A stretch of DNA of 64,000 nt from positions 127,968,001 through 128,032,000 of the forward strand of contig OX597819.1 in assembly GCA_951406725.2 (NCBI GenBank), read 5' to 3'. Source of the DNA: Octopus vulgaris (taxonomy: Eukaryota). Made by a program: the position numbers and the translations under genes. Under the pieces are notes generated by a model. The model had not been told where the DNA came from and searched no databases. It was given only the letters and a program-made list of their open reading frames with translations. This document shows positions 55,190 to 64,000 of this stretch, piece after piece. How positions within the stretch are numbered: the stretch's first letter is position 1; each line of letters starts with the position of its first letter.

Positions 55190-55596
55190 TTTCTCTTTTA
55201 CTCTTTTACTTGTTTCAGTCATTTGACTGCGACCATGCTGGAGCACCGCCTTTAGTCGAGCAAATCGACCCCGAGACTTATTCTTTGTAAGCCCAGTACT
55301 TATTCTATCAGTCTCTTTTGCCGAACCGCTAAGTGACGGGGACGTAAACACACCAGCATTGGTTGTCAAGCAATGCTAGGGGGACAAACACAAAGACACA
55401 CACACACACATATATATATATATACATATATACGACAGGCTTCTTTCAGTTTCCGTCTACCAAATCCACTCACAAGGCATTGATCGGCCCGGGGCTATAG
55501 CAGAAGACACTTGCCCAAGATGCCACGCAGTGGGACTGACCCAGAAACCATGTGGTTGGTTAGCAAGCTACTTACCACACAGCCACTCCTGCGCCT
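55190..55596 (-). mobile_element. SINE family B, full length (young subfamily)
   Basis: Shares diagnostic variants (gtgacgggg, cattggttgtcaagcaatgctagggg, gatgccacg) with 61118-61539. Confidence 0.92.
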
Positions 55597-55769
55597 CACT
55601 AAACCTCACTAAAAACGAGATTCACCAATAATAAGATTAAACTGAGCGCGATATTAAGATAAGCGACTTTCGCAAAACTACTCCTTTCAAATCCTACCCG
55701 AGGAGAATATAATATAAAGTTAGTTGAGAAATATTAGAAACTTTTTGAAACTCATTTTCCAAAATATAT

Positions 55770-56001
55770 ATTTCTTTACTACCCACAAGGGGCTAAACAC
55801 AGAGAGAACAAACAAGAACAGACAAACGGATTAAGTCGATTACATCGACCCCAGTGCGTAACTGGTACTTAATTTATTGGCCCCGAAAGGATGAAAGGCA
55901 AAGTTGACCTCAGCGGAATTTGAACTCAGAACGTAACGGCAGATGAAATACGGCTACGCATTTCGCCCGGCGTGCTAGCGTTTCTGCCAGCTCGCCGCCT
56001 T
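55770..56001 (-). mobile_element. SINE family A, full length
   Basis: Complete head to tail; shares a 73-bp upstream flank with the 35713 copy. Confidence 0.9.
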
Positions 56002-56230
56002 CAACAACACTAATACCGATACCATCAGAAACAGTTGTAGAACACCTCTAAGTTATTTTAGATAACGTAAGTACTTTTCTTGAATAATTTAGTCCAATTA
56101 CTGAATTGACTACAAACAGACAAACCAGATAAGCCAACATCACCTGCCTGCCACCACTTTATACTCACGAATGTGTTAGTGTTGTGCTTCTCTCACTCAC
56201 TCGCCAAGAAGAACACAGTGATACTCCAGA

Positions 56231-56412
56231 TGCGTAACCGTATTTCATCTGCCGTTACGTTCTGAGTTCAAATTCCGCCGAGGTCGACTTTGCCTTTCAT
56301 CCTTTCGGGGTCGATAAATTAAGGACCAGTTACGCACTGGGGTCGATGTAATCGACTTGTCTGTCCTTGGTTGTCCCCTCTGTGTTTAGCCCCTTGTGGG
56401 TAGTAAAGAAAT
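56231..56412 (+). mobile_element. SINE family A, 5'-truncated, inverted relative to the 55770 copy
   Basis: Central domain and tail present. Confidence 0.88.
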
Positions 56413-56414
56413 AA

Positions 56415-56623
56415 ATATGTTTATTATCTGTCTCTCAAACAGTTTATGACAAGAAAAGACAAAGGCAAAGGGAGAAACGCCCCTCTACCAGTTCTGCTTA
56501 TATAGCGCTAAGCCATTAGAACATTCTAAAGAGGTCTGCAACTTCCCACACGATTCTATTCGACAGATTCAAATGCCAGCAATTTCTGTTGGACTGATTT
56601 AGATGCTAGCGACCTCCATAACA
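56415..56623 (-). repeat. 3' LTR of the Gypsy element (distal end obscured by SINE)
   Basis: Minus strand: PPT TGGGGAGG, then TGTTATGG start, TATATAAG box (~56500), AATAAA (~56420). Confidence 0.65.
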
Positions 56624-59056
56624 CCTCCCCACGGGAACTGATGCTTCAATAAAAGCATCAACTGCAAAGTTTCTCTCTGGTCTTGGGTGTTCTCTTGGAT
56701 CGTCTAAGGCTATCCACTCCGTACTCAAGTACAGGCGGTTTGGTCTTGGTTAAAAGTGGTCTGGTCTGGCTGAGTTTGTGTCACTTCTTCCAGGATCTCT
56801 AGTGGATGATCAGTTGGATTCTCAGCAATATTGCCCGTCTCATTTCCAGTTTTACAGTCCACCGCAGAAGTGTAGCGTGGTCGTAGCTATTCTCCTGTCG
56901 TCTCCATGCTGGGCCATGAGGAAATACCTTGACCTTGAACCAGCGAGTAACAAATGACTTCGTGACGACTGCTGGTACCCATCGGGGCTTCTTGTCACGG
57001 CGAGGTCCATAGTACAGTGCATATACAGGATCAGCAGCCTTGTATTGCCTGACTACCTTGGCGATACCTCCCGATTCTCCAGTCTTCTCAGCTTTTGGTG
57101 ATTTCTTGAATTGCTTACCTTGAGTTATGTGTGCTGGAAAGGGCAGCAGAGAGTCGATCCTAGTCCGTATCTGCCGGGACATCAAGAGTTCGCTTGGGGA
57201 GAACCTACAGGATGTCGGCGTTCTCCGGTACTACGTCAAGAACTCGCTCCGTAGGGCAGAGAAGACTTTTTGCTTGAATGATTGCACCAAACGTTCTGCT
57301 ATTCCGTTGGTAACTGGATGGTACAGTGCTCCCGTTCAGCTTGTGATCCCACGTTCTTTGCACCAGCTCTGAAATTCTTCAAATAGTTGATGCATTATCC
57401 GTTACCAGCGTGTGAGGGTATCGGAAGTGATCGGAGGCCTCTTCCAGCAGATCTAGAGTGGCTCTATAGGAGGAGGATGAGGTTGGATGAATACACGGAT
57501 ACCGCGGGAAAGCATCCGTGATCACCAGCCAGTTCATACCCAGGAAGTTGATGCTATGATCCACGTGTAAGAGACTCCATGACTTCTCTGGTAGCATCCA
57601 TGGGTGAACTGCAGGCTTGGATAGCTTGTTTTTGATGTTCGCCGCATGAGTCACATCGTCGACTAGCCATCTCAATACCCGGTCAGTATACAGTGGTTCT
57701 TGCCAACTGCTTCATACGTCACATACCGAAGTGTCCGATATGCAACAGATAGGGGATATTGAACTGTAGGCTCTGTGGAATCATATCTTTTGATGCATTG
57801 ATGAGACATCCGTGGTAGATACTGAATGCATCCGACAACTTCTGGAACTTTTTGACTTCATCATTGGTGTGCTTCGGTGGCCACCCTTCGCAGACATAGC
57901 GCATCACTGTCGTCATCACTGGATCTTTCCTAGATTCTGGACGGAGGATGCTGCCGTCCACAGGTTTGATTTGAAGACTGAGAACTTTGATGGGCGCACA
58001 CCATATCCATGTTTTCACAATTTTTCTCCCTGTCGAAGTCGTTGTCGTCTCCAGATGGCAAGCGACTAAGAGCATCTGCTTGCCATGGTCTGCTGTTTTC
58101 TGGTACTCTATTGTGTAGTCAAACTGGTTCAGCCTCAGGGCCCATCGAGCTAGTCTGTTGCCTGCAAAAGTGGTGTCCCTTTCTTCAGGCCGAACAGTGC
58201 TGTCAGTATGAACTGACGTCCGTACAGATACTGGTAGAATTTCTGCAAGCCAAAATTAATGGCTAGGGCTTCCTTGTAGCTTTGACTGTAGTTTCCTTCT
58301 GCCGACGGGAGAGTCTTGGACACGTTGGCAATTGGGTGCTCGCTTCTATCCAGATAGCGATGAAACAGGACTACTCCGATTCCACCGTTGGACGCGTCAC
58401 AAGCCAGCCCTAGAGGTTTGTCTGGGTCGAAATGTACAAGGACTTGATCTGAGGATAATACGTTTTTCAACTGTTCAAACGCTGCTTGTTCTGCATCTCC
58501 CCATTTCCAGAGAGTTGCTTTCTTGATTAAGCTGTAAAGTGGCTCGGCCGTAGTAGCTAGGTTTGGGATGAACTTCCTGAAGAACTGAACCGAACCCAGA
58601 AAGACTTTAAGCTTGAAACGTTGATAGGAGGTGGCATCTTCATGGCTGTCTCGACCTTGGATACCCTTGCAATTCCTTCGGCCGATAAGGTGTGGCCAAA
58701 ATATTCTACATTGGGTTGTGCAGTTTTCACGACGGCATCTCAGTCCTTTGTCGTTAAGACGAGAGAGCAAACGCCTCAGGTTGCTCAAGTGGTCACTGGC
58801 GTCTTGCCCGCTGACGAGCACATCGTCTTGGAAGACTGCAACTCCAGGCAGATCCATGATATCCTGGAAGTAACCAGGTGCTGACTTGATTCCAAATGGG
58901 AGTTGTTACTGCAGGAACCCTCCACAGTGAGCGCTGAGGGATAGCCTTCGTTGATACTCTAGAGCCAGTTTGATCTGGTTGCAGGCATCAGCAAGGTCAA
59001 TCTTCGTGTAACCGTATCCACCGCCCAGCTTCTGCACCAGTTCCTCTGGGAGCGCT
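56624..59056 (-). pseudogene. Ty3/Gypsy LTR retrotransposon pol pseudogene (RT-RNase H-integrase), 5'-truncated
   Basis: LPEELVQKLGGGYGYTKIDLADA.NQI, QLPFGIKSAPGYFQ, AVFQDDVLV, LACDAS.GGIGVVL, NYSQ..KEALAI, LLHIGHFGM, LHVDH..WLVITDA, LVTDNA, PRWVPAVVT. Domain order RT-RH-IN with many frameshifts. Confidence 0.92.
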
Positions 59057-59980
59057 AGATATTTTAAGGAAGGTGTATAATAAAATCTAAAAACAAACAA
59101 TAAATTATGAGGTGAGAAAAGATAAACAATAGGAATGGCGAATATTATTTTCATTTTCTACACTGTAAACATGAGAGACACTGTTCATCTTCGAACAATA
59201 CGTAATAATGTTTTAGGCTTATTCTGACCTTATCAGCAAAGCATATTCTTCAGTGGACTTAGTGAAGTAGTAATGAAAGAACCACTAAGTATATTCGCTA
59301 GATTATCTGCGTACGAAAATAGAATTGTTTAAAGACTAAATAATCCAGAGACGCCATTCGCATAACAATAATTTTTTTTCATTCTATTTCCAAATTTTAT
59401 TTGCCCGAAACAAGAGAACCACTTAACCAATTGACTCCTAGATATTTAATTCTCAATGTCATTTCTCTTTGCATCGTATCCTTCATACAATCTATAGTCT
59501 TCTATGCATCTCTCACATTCTTTATTCATCTTTATATTTAATTTAACATGTCTATTATTCTTACAAACTTTCTCACTGCATTTACATGCTTCGCTTTAAC
59601 TTTCTGGCGACTCTCACATTTACCAAGCATTTTCTCATGCTCTCTCACATTCTAACACACTCACTTACCTTCTCTCTCTTCTTTCACACTCTCTTGTGCA
59701 TCTCTTTCTCTCAATCACTCTCTCTCTCTCTCTCTCTTTCACACACACACGCTCGTATCCTATTTCACCGTCTTTCTTTGTCTCTCATGTTCTCTCTGTA
59801 AAACAACATTTCAAATATCTTTTCCATATACATAAATAAGTATTGCATGGATCAGTGATTTCTTTCTGAGAATTGAACTATTTGATTCTTGGGTTTAGTT
59901 GGGTGAAATCATCCGTTTCAATTAATAATATAACTTAATTCCTTGTATGCCGTATATAAATTTTAAATCATAGTACACAT

Positions 59981-60013
<33 letters not shown>

Positions 60014-60114
60014 CAATTATGTAAATACATATATATACATGTATATGTGTGTATATGTATGTGTATGTATGTATATATAAATAGGTAGGTATATATGCAT
60101 GTATGTATGTATAC

Positions 60115-60145
<31 letters not shown>

Positions 60146-60243
60146 AGTGTGTGTGTCTGTGTTTTTATATATATATATATATATATATACATATATATGC
60201 ATACATAAATATATATGTGTGTATATATATATATATATAAACA

Positions 60244-60279
<36 letters not shown>

Positions 60280-60290
60280 AACATATATAT

Positions 60291-60405
<115 letters not shown>

Positions 60406-61117
60406 TACAGAGACTCTCACACACGCTGCAATACAAACATTTCATACATATATTTACCGTCTCACTAAACACCACGCCGCAACAAACCGATATACATAAA
60501 CACGTTGCACAAGGATAAAACATGAATAAATCGACTTGAAATTTATATACAATTCTTTTACTCGTTTATTTGAATTTATATGTTCAAATATGCACACACA
60601 AATACACACATATGCATACAATTGTTTCGTGCGCATGTGTGTATAAACGTAATTCGTGTGTATTTGCTTACATAAATATCCCCATTCGTATTGCGATATC
60701 TAAATACTCAAAAATATACATATTTAATTCATAAGAGTAGAGTCTTGCATGACAACGTAGATCAGGAGTGATCTCGAAATTCCATTATGAGAAAATATTG
60801 AGCGATGGATTTTTTTCTCTTCTTCCGTCCATTCGATAAAATATACCGCCGAATATACTTCGTCATTGCATACCAGCTGCTCTTCACTCCACTTCTGCCC
60901 ATAAGCGAAAACAAAATGCTTCAAACAGCCGAAATTCTGCAATATATGTGTCCCTTTAAACATCATAATCTCAGAAAATACAGCTGAGTATGTGTGTTTG
61001 TATGTGATTGTTCAGTTTTATTTCAAGATTTCTAGGCAATAGAGAAAGTGCCGGTTTATAACCTAGATCCAAGGCTCCTTCTCTGGAATTTCAACATCAA
61101 CAACAGAGTAATTTTGT

Positions 61118-61332
61118 ATACTCTTTTACTCTTTTACTTGTTTCAGTCATTCGACTGCGGCCATGCTGGAGCACCGCCTTTAGTCGAGCAACTCGACCCC
61201 GGGACTTATTCTTTTTGTAAGCCCAGTACTTATTCTATCGGTCTCTTTTTGCCGAACCGCTAAGTGACGGGGACGTAAACACACCAGCATTGGTTGTCAA
61301 GCAATGCTAGGGGAACAAACACAGACACACAA

Positions 61333-61367
<35 letters not shown>

Positions 61368-61539
61368 CATATATACGACAGGCTTCTTTCAGTTTCTGTC
61401 TACCAAATCCACTCACAAGGCATTGGTCGGCCCGGGGCTATAGCAGAAGACACTTGCCCAAGATGCCACGCAGTGGGATTGAACACGGAACCATGTGGTT
61501 GGTTAGCAAGCTACTTACCACACAGCCACTCCTGCGCCT
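61118..61539 (-). mobile_element. SINE family B, full length (young subfamily)
   Basis: Near-identical to 55190-55596. Confidence 0.92.
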
Positions 61540-61771
61540 ATGTATGTATGTATATGTGCAGGTTTGTATGTTTATTTTTTATCTATGCATTCTCATGCAT
61601 ATAGTTGCATATCTAGACATGCTCATCTATATCTAATCGATAAACAACTGGAAAGTTATACAGATTTTTACAGTTTCAGTGATGGATTGGAATTAATCTT
61701 CGAATTAGTCTTCATCTTTCTGGTTTTGAGAAGCCTAATTTCTCAAGATTGATATTTAGGCAGTGTATTAC

Positions 61772-61802
<31 letters not shown>

Positions 61803-63020
61803 CGTATGTACGTATGTATGTATGTATGTATGTATGTATGTATGTATGTATGTATGTATGTATGTATGTATGTATGTATGTATGTATGTATGTGTGTGTG
61901 TATGCATGTATGTATGTATGTATGTATGCATGCATGTATGTATTTATGTATGTATGTATGTATGTATGTATGTATGTATGCATGCATGCATGTATGTATG
62001 TATGCATGCATGTATGTGTGTATGTATGTATGTATGTATGTATGTTTGTAAGTATGTATGTATGTATGTATGTATGTATGTATGTATGTATGTATGTATG
62101 CATGTATTACAAACCCTCCTTAGGTGGAATTTTCACTTCGGCATTCTTCTGGGGGTTAGAATTGATTTTTATTTCTTACGTGGTTTTATGTAAATCCTTG
62201 CAGTCCTTTATCGTTGTCTTAAATTATGTTTGCAGCCATTGTGGCCAATAAAGGAAGAATTATTATTGTTGCTGTTGTTGTTATTGCTGTATGAGTGGCA
62301 AGTCGGCAGAATCATCAGAACGTAGGAAAAAATACTTTGCAATGTTTCTTCAGGTTCTTCAAGTCTAAGTTCAAATACAACTGCGGTCAAATTTGTGGCA
62401 ATCAACTTACCCACTCCCTACCAAACTGCTGGCCTTGTGACAAAATTTCAAAAATTTGTGATTATCATTATTGTTGTACAGGAGGCGAGCTTAGAAAAAA
62501 TGCTTGACAATTTTTCTGACGGCTCTTTATGTTCTGAGTTCAAATTACGCCGAAGGTAGGGAGATGCTTTTTCTTTTCGTGATATATATATATATTGGAA
62601 GGTTTGGAGATGATGTACAGGTATTATATATATATATACCTACTACTTTATTAAGATGTAACCATATTAGCAACTAGGTGTAGATTTATTCATTGCTCCT
62701 AGTCATATTTTTTTTCTTTCACGTTCATATATATTAATGAAGTATATGAAGTATTTTCTGATCCTATCTTCAGTTCACATTGTACCACTCTGTAACCTAA
62801 GTTCTTGACAATAAAGTAGGACGTAGTGGCTCTAACTGCACACACATGACGTCCCACCTTTACTGAAAGAATCACACGCTGCCAACCTTATACTTCACAT
62901 TTTCCCCTAGGTCTCTGCACACACGCACACATACACAAACACAGGCACACATACACACATTTATATATATATATATTTATATATATATATATATATATGG
63001 AACTACGACGTTTTTTTCTT

Positions 63021-63296
63021 TACGATGACGAGGGTTCCAGTTGATCCAAGCAACGAAACAGCCTGCTCGTGAAATTAACATGTAAGTGGCTGAAAACCCC
63101 ATAGACACGCGTAACCTTAACGTAGCCTTAACCAAGGGGATTCATCGTGACAAAGAGTGTGACAAGGCTGGCTCTTTTAAATACAGGTACCACTCATTTT
63201 TGCCGGCTGAGTGAACTTGAGCAAAAGTAATTAAAGTGTCTTGCTCAAGGGTACAACGCGCAGCCTGCAATTGAATACTCTAACCACCAAGCCCTC
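63021..63296 (-). mobile_element. SINE family D
   Basis: Reverse-complement homologue of 8815-9122, including CORE-like GTTGTACCCTTGAGCAAGACAC. Confidence 0.8.
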
Positions 63297-63353
63297 ATCT
63301 ACCCATCCATCCATCCATACATACATACATACATACATCCATCCATACATACA

Positions 63354-63389
<36 letters not shown>

Positions 63390-63390
63390 T

Positions 63391-63482
<92 letters not shown>

Positions 63483-63668
63483 ATCTGGGGAGAATTTCCA
63501 ATCACTCATTTACTTATTTATTTATTTATTATAAATAAGTAAATAAGTGGAAATCAGACCGGTGAATAAAAATAATAAGTCACTAAAAGTGAATGACTTT
63601 CCCCAGACAATGAAATATGCTTCAACACACGAATTCACATAAAGAATCGTGCAAACCAAATACAAAAA

Positions 63669-63760
<92 letters not shown>

Positions 63761-63806
63761 GTATATATATTATTAGTGAATGAAATAAATGGAGTTGAAC
63801 GAAGAT

Positions 63807-63876
<70 letters not shown>

Positions 63877-64000
63877 TATATACATATATATATACATATA
63901 TATATATACATATATATATATACATATATATACACACACATGCATATACATATACTTACACACACACGCACATACATACAAGAGAGAGAGAGAGTGAGAG

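Overview
Repeat-saturated, AT-rich animal genomic DNA. The SINE families and the extreme (TA)n/(TATG)n/(GATA)n load point to an octopus (coleoid cephalopod) intron or intergenic region (inference). No host protein-coding exon is supported, and nearly all listed ORFs are microsatellite or SINE read-throughs. The window holds at least four tRNA-headed SINE families (A-D, several copies with target-site duplications, TSDs). It also holds relics of Tx1/L1, R4/Dong-like and CR1-type LINEs, a TSD-flanked short RTE-derived element, a Gypsy pol pseudogene with PPT and 3' LTR, DD37D-like Tc1/mariner relics and a Penelope GIY-YIG fragment. The strongest signal is a set of short non-coding elements at (TA)n or other microsatellites. 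They carry type I hammerhead ribozyme folds of at least four different sequence families (clearest at 40582-40665, 44904-44950 and 45481-45515) and/or form long near-perfect inverted repeats, as expected for non-autonomous Penelope-like or retrozyme-like elements. Two SINE-LINE partnerships can be read directly from shared 3' tails: SINE-A with a (TCTA)n-embedded Tx1-like LINE, and SINE-B with a CR1-type LINE.
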